A DNA stretch of 64,000 bases, taken from the IMG/VR virus record IMGVR_UViG_3300025151_000031, positions 3,299 to 67,298 of that record; one strand, 5' to 3'. Made by a program: the position numbers and the translations under genes. Under the pieces are notes generated by a model that saw only the letters and a program-made list of their open reading frames with translations, had not been told where the DNA came from and ran no database searches. Below are positions 46,003 through 55,944 of this stretch, in pieces (the first letter of the stretch is position 1; each line of letters begins with the position of its first letter). The DNA comes from a virus.

Positions 46003-47457
46003 ATGGCATTACAACAAACAGGTAAGAACATTAGCGTCCATAAGACGTTTTATAATGATCAACAAATGACAGACATGAATAGTCTGGCAAACGCCTTGAT
46101 GTCTAAGCCTACTGAATTATCTCCAATTATCACACACTTGGCTGGTAAAGACGACAAAAGATTTCCTCTATCATTCTTGACGGAAGGGGTTGGAAACGTT
46201 AAGTCAATGGATAGATTGGAATATGAATATCGTGTTAAAACTCATCGTAGAAAAACACGACCAGTACAGGTGGCATTAAGCGGATCGAATGTAGGGCTAG
46301 GAGGCTCCGCATTTGAATTAATCTTTCCAGATAAATGGTTTGTGTTCCCATACGTACTTGTAAACTCAAAAGGTGAACTTGCACGTATAATGAAGGAACC
46401 TACTCCAGTATCGGATCAAGGTTACAAATATACGTTACAATTAGTTAACCCATCTCCTACAGCTACTCTAACAGGTGGTTATGAAGTAGGTGATCTTTGG
46501 GCGCAATTGTACGCTCCAGTAGGAGTTGATTTCTCTAGAGGAAACGCTTCAAACTGGGAATCTCCAGGAATGGTACGAAACAAAATTGGTACTGTAAGAA
46601 AATCTTATCACATGTCTGGTCACGCGCGAGATTATGTTGCTGAGTTTAACTTACCTACTAAAGGAGGAAAGACTACCAAACTTTGGATGGATTATGAAGA
46701 ATATCAACACATGCTTGATTTTAAAGAAGAATGTGAAATGTTCTACTGGTACGGTCAAAAAACTTATAACAATGCAGGTAACACTGCAATGAAAGATGAG
46801 AATGGTCAGCCAGTTATCGTTGGTCCTGGGCTCTTAGAGCAAATAGTAAATAAGGAAACTTATTCTTCTATGACAGAAACAAAGATCAAAAATATTATTG
46901 GAGATCTTTTCTACGGGATGACCGATTCTCAAAACAAACAAGTTACGCTTTACACAGGAACAGGTGGTATGCGTGAATTTGATGAAGCTTTAAAAGGACA
47001 CTTTCAGAATACTACTACTAACGGGTGGAAAACTGGAGGAGAAAATAGATTCATCACAGGTTCAGGCAGAAACTTGGGAATGACAGGGTACTTTACTTCT
47101 TATGAGCACATTGATGGACATGTAGTAAATGTAGTTAAACTACCTTTATTTGATCATGGTCCTGTTGCTCAGGCAAGAGATAAGCACCCTACTACTGGAT
47201 TCTCACTTGAATCATACAGAATGGTATTTGTTGATCAGTCTAACTATGACGGTCAAGCAAACCTTCAAATGCTTTCTAAAAAAGGAAGAGAAATGATGAG
47301 ATGGTGTGTAGCTGGTAGTGTGGTACCTAGAGGATTTGATGCAGGATCTGCAAGAGCTTCTGATGTTGACGGTGCGTCCGTTCACATGTTAAAAACAGGA
47401 GGTATTGTATTGAAGAGATTTGACACTTCTCTAGATATCGAATGTGTAGCGTCATAG
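46003..47457 (+). CDS. Major capsid protein (crAss-like HK97 fold)
   Basis: MTDMNSLANAL, FPLSFLTEG, RNKIGTVRKSY, GPGLLEQI, LYTGTGGMREFD; biased codon use; synteny. Confidence 0.92.
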   Translation: MALQQTGKNISVHKTFYNDQQMTDMNSLANALMSKPTELSPIITHLAGKDDKRFPLSFLTEGVGNVKSMDRLEYEYRVKTHRRKTRPVQVALSGSNVGLGGSAFELIFPDKWFVFPYVLVNSKGELARIMKEPTPVSDQGYKYTLQLVNPSPTATLTGGYEVGDLWAQLYAPVGVDFSRGNASNWESPGMVRNKIGTVRKSYHMSGHARDYVAEFNLPTKGGKTTKLWMDYEEYQHMLDFKEECEMFYWYGQKTYNNAGNTAMKDENGQPVIVGPGLLEQIVNKETYSSMTETKIKNIIGDLFYGMTDSQNKQVTLYTGTGGMREFDEALKGHFQNTTTNGWKTGGENRFITGSGRNLGMTGYFTSYEHIDGHVVNVVKLPLFDHGPVAQARDKHPTTGFSLESYRMVFVDQSNYDGQANLQMLSKKGREMMRWCVAGSVVPRGFDAGSARASDVDGASVHMLKTGGIVLKRFDTSLDIECVAS

Positions 47458-47458
47458 T

Positions 47459-47595
47459 ATAGCATAAGGATACTTATGTTATTTCACGTTGCATCGTGAG
47501 TCTATATAAATTGGTTTTTAGTTAGGTTGTGGGGAAGCAATTCCCCCTTCCGCTAAAAACTTTTAAAATAGGAGAGTTATTCTTTCCAACCTATT
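47459..47595 (+). other. Structured 3' region after MCP (series of hairpins)
   Basis: ATAGCATAAG-GATA-CTTATGTTAT; TCACG-TTGCAT-CGTGA; GTTTTTAG/CTAAAAAC enclosing GGGGAA-GCAA-TTCCCC. Confidence 0.6.
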
Positions 47596-47619
47596 AATAA
47601 TCTAAAAAGAACTGAAATT

Positions 47620-48432
47620 ATGGCAAGTAAAAAAGTCTATTTAAGACGGAAGGCAATTGATAATTATCTTCCAGAAGAAGTCCGCGCTGAGTCGGTTATG
47701 AAACTCAGTAGTGTTTTTGTTAACAGACAACCTTTAAAAGGGTTTGACCCTGAAGACGAAAAAAAATATCTAAATGGAATTTTAGATGTTGATCCAACTA
47801 ATCATGATTGGCCAAAACATGCAAAAAGATTTTGGGCAGAATTAAGCATCAAAGTTGGATTTGAAGGAGTTGAAATGGAAATTGGAAAAGACGACAATGG
47901 AAATCCTTTGCAAATTATGGATTGGATAAATTATAATTTTGCATTAAGACATCCACATGTTTCTTTGACAGAAGAAGAAATGAACGCTAGTTTTACTAAA
48001 CGTTTTTATATTCAAGATCTTTCAAGAGATGAAGCTAAGAAGAATTTAAGTATTCAAGGCAAAAAAGATGCAGATAAAGAGTTTATCAAAATCTCTTCTG
48101 ATAAGAAAAAGATGGCATGGGTATTAAGATTAATGTCTAGTACAAATCCAGATATTATGAGTAGAGAGCAAATAGAAAATGCTTTATATGATCTAAAAGA
48201 AAAAGATCACAAAAGATTTTTCAAAATTGCAACTGATAAACACCTTAGTATGAAAGCAGAAATTGAGGAAATGGTTTCAGCTGGAGTTCTAAGAAAAATT
48301 GGAAATCAAGTTATCTTTATTGATGAAGTATTGGGTGATACAATGGATGACACAATAATTCATTTAAAAGATAAAAAGAATTCTGGTAAATTAACAATAT
48401 TAAGAGCAAAACTTAAAGAGTTGACAGTATAG
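47620..48432 (+). CDS. crAss-like protein downstream of MCP
   Basis: 270 aa in the conserved post-MCP position. Confidence 0.7.
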   Translation: MASKKVYLRRKAIDNYLPEEVRAESVMKLSSVFVNRQPLKGFDPEDEKKYLNGILDVDPTNHDWPKHAKRFWAELSIKVGFEGVEMEIGKDDNGNPLQIMDWINYNFALRHPHVSLTEEEMNASFTKRFYIQDLSRDEAKKNLSIQGKKDADKEFIKISSDKKKMAWVLRLMSSTNPDIMSREQIENALYDLKEKDHKRFFKIATDKHLSMKAEIEEMVSAGVLRKIGNQVIFIDEVLGDTMDDTIIHLKDKKNSGKLTILRAKLKELTV

Positions 48433-49745
48433 TGGATATATTTGAAATGCATAGAGCAGTAACACAGGGCGTTGATAAAATTAACGCCCAGGTTGCTGAC
48501 ACACTACTAACGGGTGAAATAGATAGAGAGCTTAATAAAGCAATACAAAGATTTATTACAACTAGATTTCAACAAGGTAATAGATATGGTAAAGGCTTTG
48601 AAGAGTCTCAAAAAAGAAGAGACGATCTAAGAACGTTAGTTAAAGATGTAGAAACTAATACTGATTTTAAAGAACAACTTAGAAATAGTACTCATCCAGA
48701 TGGGGCTTTATATATAGATTCTTGGAAGTTACCGTATGATTATATGTATATGATTAATGCAGTAACAATAATAGCTAGAAAGCCAGATTGCTCAAAAATA
48801 TCCTATCAAATGAAAGATCAAGATGATATGTATTCTTTCATAATGGATTTTAAAGAGTTTATAGGAAATGGTGGAACGACATATATTGATGAAATATATT
48901 TAATTAATAATATTGATAATGCTTTTAATGCAGCTGAATGGGGCGCAGAAGGAGCGATGTCTACATTAATTTGGCAAAATACAGATTTTGAAGATGTAGC
49001 ACATCCAGAAAACCAAATGGAAGTGGTTGAGAATATTATTACTGGTGGTACTGAAACACTTTTAAGTAATGAAATGTGGTTTCCTATTTTTTGGGAAAGT
49101 TGGGATAATAGTAATTCTGTAGAAACAGAATATCAATATGCACAAGAAAGTTTAATAGGAAATATTGGATCATATAATTATCCAAATTCTTTAATTCTTG
49201 TAGGACTTGAAGAGATGATAGCTCCTTTAGTAGGTGCAGGACAACAAGAAGATGGAAGTATAATTCCTCTTACAGATGATCCTTCTTTAGAAGCATTAGG
49301 TGCGGTTCGTCCTCATTTAATAGGAAGATATCAAAATAATACAGTAGTTAGTACTCCTGTAGTTTTTAATCAAGATCTTTCTTTAAAAAGAGTACCAAGT
49401 ACAAAAAATTTTATAAGAGAAGCTTATAAATGTAAAATGGTTCAACATGATGATATTTTTGCTATGATTAGTGACCCATTTAATAAAACAAAATACAGTA
49501 GTCCTCTGACTGTAATGAGAGGAGATAAAATAGATGTTTTTACTGACGATCTGTTTATAGCAGATAAAATCAGATTAACATACATAAGAAAACCTGCTAT
49601 GGTTAGTTTAGGTCAATTTGTAAACTGTGATCTGCCAGATCATACACACGAAGAGATTGTAATGTTAGCAGTTGGTAGTATTTTGGAAGCTATTTCCGAT
49701 CCAAGATATCAGACTCATTCAGTTGAGAAAAGCCAAATGGAATAA
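48432..49745 (+). CDS. Head-tail ring / tail tubular protein with large insertion
   Basis: EIDRELNKA...GFEESQKRRDDLRTL at the N-terminus and LTYIRKP...CDLPDHTHEEIV at the C-terminus. Confidence 0.75.
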   Translation: MDIFEMHRAVTQGVDKINAQVADTLLTGEIDRELNKAIQRFITTRFQQGNRYGKGFEESQKRRDDLRTLVKDVETNTDFKEQLRNSTHPDGALYIDSWKLPYDYMYMINAVTIIARKPDCSKISYQMKDQDDMYSFIMDFKEFIGNGGTTYIDEIYLINNIDNAFNAAEWGAEGAMSTLIWQNTDFEDVAHPENQMEVVENIITGGTETLLSNEMWFPIFWESWDNSNSVETEYQYAQESLIGNIGSYNYPNSLILVGLEEMIAPLVGAGQQEDGSIIPLTDDPSLEALGAVRPHLIGRYQNNTVVSTPVVFNQDLSLKRVPSTKNFIREAYKCKMVQHDDIFAMISDPFNKTKYSSPLTVMRGDKIDVFTDDLFIADKIRLTYIRKPAMVSLGQFVNCDLPDHTHEEIVMLAVGSILEAISDPRYQTHSVEKSQME

Positions 49746-49780
49746 TGTAAATTAGAATATTAATTTTAAAATAATTTAAA

Positions 49781-50761
49781 ATGGCAAGACAATTTTTAAT
49801 AGGAGAATTAGGATCAACATCTTATTCTTCTGGTAAACTAGCTGATACAGGACTAGATATTCAAGTTCTTGATGTTAGTAATGATGAGGGTCCAGTTAGT
49901 TATGACCCAGAATCTACTCCAAATCCAGATATGTTTAGAATAGTTCAAGGTACTACTTCAGGACCAAATGTTTATTCAAACTGGATGAATCCAAGAAATG
50001 TAATAGTTTTTGATGGTAGTTCATATGAATCTGCAACGGCTTCTACTGCAACATTAACAATAGCAGGTGATTCTGTTACAACTAGTGGGCAAGATGGTTT
50101 ACTTCATATAAAACTAGCTTACCTTAATGGTGATGTTGAGGAATTTTATAACTTTACGGCAGATTTTAATGCTGGTGGAGGCGGTGTAACTACAGCAGAT
50201 ACAGCTGCAGATGTTCTTATTGGTAATGCATGGGATGCAATTCCTGATGGTAATAAACCAGATTGGGTTCATGCAGATGTAAATGTTTCAGCAGGTACAA
50301 CAGTAGTATGGTCAGGGGTTAAACCTGGTGATACAACTAACTCTGGTGGTACTTGGGATAAAGATGCTTCTAACATACAAGTTTCTATTTCAAGTAGATC
50401 TGATATTGCAACTGCAGTATATACTACAGCTAAAACAGCAGGTGATAATGGAGTAGGTACTTATTATAGTGTAAAAAAGTTTGAAGATAAAATGAAAGGT
50501 ATTATGTATGGTTACTACAACAGACGTGATCTTCCTAACACTCCAGACAATGGAGCTGTAGTTGGAAGCACGTATGATATGATAACTATCGTAGCTACTA
50601 AAGATGGAAGCGCAATGAGCGGACAAATTCATGGAGTAGATAACTTAGATGAAGTATTTATTGCAGGTAAAGTTGACATTGCAACTATTTCTGGAAACAA
50701 TGAAGATTCATTTGTTAGTAAGTTGAACGAACTTATTCCTTTAAATAACATAGGAGTATAA
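49781..50761 (+). CDS. Structural protein (possible auxiliary capsid protein)
   Basis: Thr/Gly/Asp-rich beta protein with GYYNRRDLP...YDMITI; structural-block position. Confidence 0.55.
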   Translation: MARQFLIGELGSTSYSSGKLADTGLDIQVLDVSNDEGPVSYDPESTPNPDMFRIVQGTTSGPNVYSNWMNPRNVIVFDGSSYESATASTATLTIAGDSVTTSGQDGLLHIKLAYLNGDVEEFYNFTADFNAGGGGVTTADTAADVLIGNAWDAIPDGNKPDWVHADVNVSAGTTVVWSGVKPGDTTNSGGTWDKDASNIQVSISSRSDIATAVYTTAKTAGDNGVGTYYSVKKFEDKMKGIMYGYYNRRDLPNTPDNGAVVGSTYDMITIVATKDGSAMSGQIHGVDNLDEVFIAGKVDIATISGNNEDSFVSKLNELIPLNNIGV

Positions 50762-50786
50762 TATTAATTTTTAAAAATATAAAAAC

Positions 50787-51365
50787 ATGGCAAATACAGC
50801 AAGAACAACTTTCGATAAAGATCTTAACTTTAAAAGATGGTTGACAGGTAATACAAAAGGTATGGCTACTGGAGTAACACCAAACAATGCAGCAGTAGTT
50901 GCTGCACAGGGTGGAACCCAATCTCAAAAACATGCAGCAACATTAATTGCAAATAAATATAATAGTACTGATTCTACAGGATCTGCAGCATCTGCAGCAT
51001 ATTTACCTCCTGCAGTAGCGGGAACACTAGTGGTACTTGAATGGACAGGTGATGTTGATGATTCTACGGGAGCATGGAAAATCTATGCAAACGGTGGATT
51101 TGCAGCAGCATCTGGAGGATCAGCTTATTCAGGTAATGTATTCGCAACTCAAGTTGTAACAATTGGCGGTACTACAGGTAAAAAATCTGCAGCAAGCGAT
51201 GCTTCAGATACATTGGTTTGGACTCCTGCAGCAACTGCAAATAATGCAATGGGTGATGCGGGATCACAATGGTGGTTTTACTGCATGCATGACGGTGAGT
51301 GGATGGTTAAAGCTAGAGCAGTCCCTTCTGGAACAGGAGAAGACGGTGCTTTAACTTGGGAATAA
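50787..51365 (+). CDS. Structural/decoration protein
   Basis: Ala/Gly-rich; LPPAVAG motif; followed by a terminator. Confidence 0.55.
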   Translation: MANTARTTFDKDLNFKRWLTGNTKGMATGVTPNNAAVVAAQGGTQSQKHAATLIANKYNSTDSTGSAASAAYLPPAVAGTLVVLEWTGDVDDSTGAWKIYANGGFAAASGGSAYSGNVFATQVVTIGGTTGKKSAASDASDTLVWTPAATANNAMGDAGSQWWFYCMHDGEWMVKARAVPSGTGEDGALTWE

Positions 51366-51380
51366 GCATATTTTAATAAT

Positions 51381-51428
51381 ATAGATTGGGGGATTTACAG
51401 ATCCCCCATATCTATTTAATCTTTTTTA
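51381..51428 (+). terminator. Intrinsic terminator
   Basis: ATAGAT-TGGGGGAT-TTACAG-ATCCCCCA-T-ATCTAT followed by a T-rich tract. Confidence 0.8.
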
Positions 51429-51431
51429 TTT

Positions 51432-51998
51432 ATGGCAAGTATAAACTTATCATTAACTTCAGATTGTAGATTATTAACTTATAAGATTACTTCACCAATA
51501 CCAACAGTAGAAGGAGCAGAGTCTCAGGATCAACTAGAAAATACTGAAAATGTAGTCGCAATTGAAATTTACAATAATGGAGTTTTAGTCTCTAATACAG
51601 ATACAGCAATACTTAATTATGCTAATGGAGACATATTTACTAATACAACAACTATATCTGTTCCAGAAGTTATAGGATCAGATGCTGGTATAGTTACAGT
51701 TTTAATGAGAAATGCTGAAGGAGAAACTACAAGTTCTGCTATTCTATGTTCTTGTGAACTGGATTGTTGTTTAGCACAAAAAGTTTTAGATCTAACAAAT
51801 TGCACAGATTGTGATTCAAAGTGTAGTGATCAATTAGTTATAAGTCAAAAGATATTTTTATACATGGAGTCTATAAGGACTCTTTTAGGTAATTTAGGAG
51901 GAGACATAACAATTAATCAAGGAATCATATCTCAGGCACTAGATACGTATAATGCTGCTAAAGCATTATGTTCTGGTAGCTGTGGTTGCAACTGTTAA
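51432..51998 (+). CDS. Cys-rich tail-associated protein
   Basis: CSCELDCC...CTDCDSKC...CSGSCGCNC. Confidence 0.6.
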   Translation: MASINLSLTSDCRLLTYKITSPIPTVEGAESQDQLENTENVVAIEIYNNGVLVSNTDTAILNYANGDIFTNTTTISVPEVIGSDAGIVTVLMRNAEGETTSSAILCSCELDCCLAQKVLDLTNCTDCDSKCSDQLVISQKIFLYMESIRTLLGNLGGDITINQGIISQALDTYNAAKALCSGSCGCNC

Positions 51999-52000
51999 TC

Positions 52001-55000
52001 ATGACAATAAACTTTAAAGGAAAAACAAATAACTTATCAACTAGTAAGTCTAAATTAGATCCTAGGTGGGATAAATATTCTAGTGCAGCTACTATAGCTA
52101 CATCAGGATCATTTTCATCTAATATGCCTAAATTGGCTCAAGGGGTAGTCTATCTTCAAAAAAATAATAGACTAACTATAGATATTAGATATAAAGACGA
52201 TAAAGAGTATGATAGAATTGTTAATGTTATAGATAAATCAAAATCTAAAAAATTAACAACAGAGTTTGGAAATGAAGGTAATGTTACGTTAACTTATAAA
52301 AATTGGAATAAAAAACTTTCCTCTACAAAAGAATTAATTTTAGTATTTGCATCAGGTTTTAGAAAAACTATAAGATTAAAAGTACCAGGTACAAATTCTA
52401 AATTAGAAGGTTCTGTAGATAGTGTAACCTCTATATTATCTTCTTCACCTTATGAAAATTTATTATCTGTAGATGTATCCAACGCATCTTCAGCAGTCAA
52501 TGATATATTAGTTGGAATATACCCTAAAGCAGATCCTTACGATGTGTTTAATTGTTCAGGAGTATTTTCTTATAGACTTCCTTTTGCATATTATATAAAT
52601 TCAGATTCAATTAATGAAGTATTAGTTAAAAAAGGAATAACTTCTTCAAATAAAAATGTAGACAAAGGAATGTCTACAAGAGGTGTAGGTCATTTATATC
52701 CTGCATCAAAAGCTCAAGAAATACATTTTTTAAATGTACATATTTCTGGAGAAACTACAATAAGAAATAATTCTGAATTAATGTCTAGAGCAAATTCTAG
52801 CTCTTTTACATATGGATTTATATACGGTGAAAACTTATATGACATTCCAGATGATGCTCCAGAATTTTATGTATGTATGGATGAAGGAGACTCTTCATAT
52901 TATAGAACAACTAGTAGAGATTGTGATGGTACTTCAATAGACTCTAAATATATAGATGGAAGTAGTCCTGCTAGATTTTTAGATGGTCAATGTTGTACAC
53001 ATAGTTGTTCTGGATTTTCTGTTAAATTAATAAATACTACTGGAGCTAATGCAGATTGGACAAGCTCTGAAGGAAAAATAAAAGCTGTAGTTACAGGAGG
53101 TCAAGGAGATTGGATTTATAAAGTAGAAAATAGTACAACTGGATTAAGTACAACAGTTACTTCAGCAGAATCAGAATATGAATTTACAGGATTAGCTTTT
53201 GCAACTTCAGATGAAACTCCATACAAAGTAACAGTAACAGATGCTAATGCTTGTAATGTAATAGCTTATATACATTTAAATAAAAATGTAAGTATAGAGC
53301 AAGGACTAATGCAAGGATGTACAGACAGTGGTGGAATAAATTATGATTCTGATGCAGATGTAAACACAGGATGTTTGTACTGTATGAGATTTGGATCTAA
53401 TGGTCGTGGTTATTATGGTTTAAGTTTTGGAAGAAGCTCTGGAGCAAGTAAAGAAATAGGAGTACAACTTATTACAAATGAAACTAGTAAAGTTACACAT
53501 GCAACTTCAAGTGGATCTAGTAGTGGAAAAATATATTTTAAAGGATCTATATTTCCTGCTGCATTACCTATAATTAATACAGATACAGATGAGGCATTTC
53601 AATTTAAATTATATACTTTAAGTTCAAATAATTTAAATAAAGATGAGATAATAGCTATAAGTCCAACAACAACAGTAGCTAGTGTTCCAGATTTAGAGCA
53701 CGAATTTGATGGTTTAGCTCCAGGATGGTATGCTATAGGTATAGAGGTTTCAAATCTTAGTACTTTAGCACATTGTATTAGTATTCATAGATTTGAAGTT
53801 AAGTATGGAGGATGTATGGATAAGCTAGCTAGTAATTATGATAAAGATGCTACTTATGATAACGGGGGATGTACTTATACGTGTAATGAAAAAGTAGTTG
53901 GTATTATTGTAGAATCGCTTGATAATAAATGCTTAAAAACTGTTAGAGTAAGTAGAAAGAAAAAATACGAAAATATAACTTGGAAAATAGGAACAGAATC
54001 AAAAACAGGACCTGGACCACATTTAGCAAAACCAGAAGATTATGTACAAGTATGGATAGAAAATACAAAAACAAAATGTGTTGATTCTGCAGAGCTTTTT
54101 ATAAAAGAAGAGAATTGTACTAAATCAATGATCTTACAAGCGTACTCAAACAGTATATTAAATTCTGGAGGATGTACAGATACAACAGCTTTTAATTATA
54201 ATTGTGACGCTATATTTGATGATGGAACATGTATTCCTGTTGTACAAGGATGTATGGATATGGAATCCCCAAGTTATAATCCAAGTGCAAATGTAGATGA
54301 CGGATCGTGTATAGAATTTATACAAGGATGTCTTAATCCACAAGCTTTAAATTATAATCCATTAGTTACTCTGCATGTTGAAGTATTATGTATGTATAGT
54401 AATTTAGAATTGCAAAATGTTAAGTCTGGTTTACAATGTCCAAGTACTCCTCTTACCGAAGTTCCTATTTATAGTACAAATCCTAATATAACAAATCTTA
54501 ATTTTGATATAGTTTCAGGAGCAACAATAGGAACAGGTTCTACTCTCAAAGCATATAAACTTCCACATAATAATCTTTTAGAACAAGGATTTTCTATTAA
54601 TACGTTAACATTTCCTTTAGAAGATAGTGGAATGAAACCTGATGCTACATGGAATTTAACAGGAAATGATTCTCCTTTTTATAATAATTTTGGTACAGGT
54701 CCAGATCTTCTTCTTTGGCAAGGTAGTGAACCTTATGAGCCTTACTTATTAGATATAGGTGGCAATTATATAGCTTCAATTAATTTAGATGGTACATTTG
54801 CTGCAAATAGCGGAACTTTAGGATATGGTGCTTATATATTTGAATTAAAAATAATAAGAAACGGAAAACCTTTTTATTCTAGAGAATGGTTTACCATACC
54901 AAACAGTGGTGATAGTTTTCTTTGTGACATGATTCTAACTGGACCAGGAGCAGATCCAGCAATAACTAAAGATGGTTCAGGTTCTAAAGCAAAAGGGTGT

Positions 55001-55918
55001 ACAGATCCTAATGCTTCTAATTATTTAGGCCAAAATTCTTTTACTCCTAATATGTTTCCTGTTTTAAGTTATCCAGCAAACAATACATTTTATTCTCCAC
55101 AGGGATTAGAAACTTTTAATACAGGAAATCCTCAAGGAGCAGGTGCAGAATTATGTAAATATCAATTAGATAAAATCTGTTTACCCCCAAGAATAGATTC
55201 TCAAATTGAGTATTTAGAAAAATGTATAATGAATTCATCTGTAAATTGGTATAATAAAAATATAACAGGAGGAGAAAAATCTTGTGATGATATGGCTTTA
55301 TGGACAATGATATTTATAAAATATCTTGTATCTAGAAAAGGCTTAGATTGTATATTTAATTGTGCAGACTCTGGAACTCCAAATTATCAACCTCAAACAT
55401 GTGAAGAAAAATGGGTAGCAGGAGGAAGTAAAGTATGGGCATATTCGCCTGATACTTATACGGGAACTAATTATTATGGAGGAGAGATAATTAAATATGA
55501 TACAGTATTTCCTTGGATGGGAGATGAAATACCAGGAGGTTCTACTATTTGGACTATAAAAGGGGCTGGCTGTGGGCCTTGTGGAAATCCTTATGGTAAT
55601 GGATCTGAAAACTTTATACTATGTAAAGACGACAAAGTTTTTAGTGATAATACGAATTATTTAGATAAATTTTTTAAATTTGCAACTAAGTATTGTAAAT
55701 CATGTCAGCCATGTTCTTTCTTACCAGGGAATAAGCCGACTATTTTATATAATAGTGATTCGTTTACATATAGTACTGAAACAGATGGCACATTAACAAT
55801 AGGAGGCATAAGTCTAGAAATGAATGGGGAAGAATATGGAGTGGATGATCCTAATTTGGGTCCTTATAATCCATATGGATTAGACGAAGATGCTAATTAT
55901 CCTAGTGAAGAATATTAA
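52001..55918 (+). CDS. Large Cys-rich tail/fiber protein with GCxD..NY repeats and SprB-like repeats
   Basis: Six GC[TML][DN]xxxxNY-type repeats; SprB-like GKIKAVVTGG...YKVTVTDANAC; likely start ATG 52001. Confidence 0.65.
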   Translation: MTINFKGKTNNLSTSKSKLDPRWDKYSSAATIATSGSFSSNMPKLAQGVVYLQKNNRLTIDIRYKDDKEYDRIVNVIDKSKSKKLTTEFGNEGNVTLTYKNWNKKLSSTKELILVFASGFRKTIRLKVPGTNSKLEGSVDSVTSILSSSPYENLLSVDVSNASSAVNDILVGIYPKADPYDVFNCSGVFSYRLPFAYYINSDSINEVLVKKGITSSNKNVDKGMSTRGVGHLYPASKAQEIHFLNVHISGETTIRNNSELMSRANSSSFTYGFIYGENLYDIPDDAPEFYVCMDEGDSSYYRTTSRDCDGTSIDSKYIDGSSPARFLDGQCCTHSCSGFSVKLINTTGANADWTSSEGKIKAVVTGGQGDWIYKVENSTTGLSTTVTSAESEYEFTGLAFATSDETPYKVTVTDANACNVIAYIHLNKNVSIEQGLMQGCTDSGGINYDSDADVNTGCLYCMRFGSNGRGYYGLSFGRSSGASKEIGVQLITNETSKVTHATSSGSSSGKIYFKGSIFPAALPIINTDTDEAFQFKLYTLSSNNLNKDEIIAISPTTTVASVPDLEHEFDGLAPGWYAIGIEVSNLSTLAHCISIHRFEVKYGGCMDKLASNYDKDATYDNGGCTYTCNEKVVGIIVESLDNKCLKTVRVSRKKKYENITWKIGTESKTGPGPHLAKPEDYVQVWIENTKTKCVDSAELFIKEENCTKSMILQAYSNSILNSGGCTDTTAFNYNCDAIFDDGTCIPVVQGCMDMESPSYNPSANVDDGSCIEFIQGCLNPQALNYNPLVTLHVEVLCMYSNLELQNVKSGLQCPSTPLTEVPIYSTNPNITNLNFDIVSGATIGTGSTLKAYKLPHNNLLEQGFSINTLTFPLEDSGMKPDATWNLTGNDSPFYNNFGTGPDLLLWQGSEPYEPYLLDIGGNYIASINLDGTFAANSGTLGYGAYIFELKIIRNGKPFYSREWFTIPNSGDSFLCDMILTGPGADPAITKDGSGSKAKGCTDPNASNYLGQNSFTPNMFPVLSYPANNTFYSPQGLETFNTGNPQGAGAELCKYQLDKICLPPRIDSQIEYLEKCIMNSSVNWYNKNITGGEKSCDDMALWTMIFIKYLVSRKGLDCIFNCADSGTPNYQPQTCEEKWVAGGSKVWAYSPDTYTGTNYYGGEIIKYDTVFPWMGDEIPGGSTIWTIKGAGCGPCGNPYGNGSENFILCKDDKVFSDNTNYLDKFFKFATKYCKSCQPCSFLPGNKPTILYNSDSFTYSTETDGTLTIGGISLEMNGEEYGVDDPNLGPYNPYGLDEDANYPSEEY

Positions 55919-55944
55919 TTAACAATACTTAAAAATAAAATATA

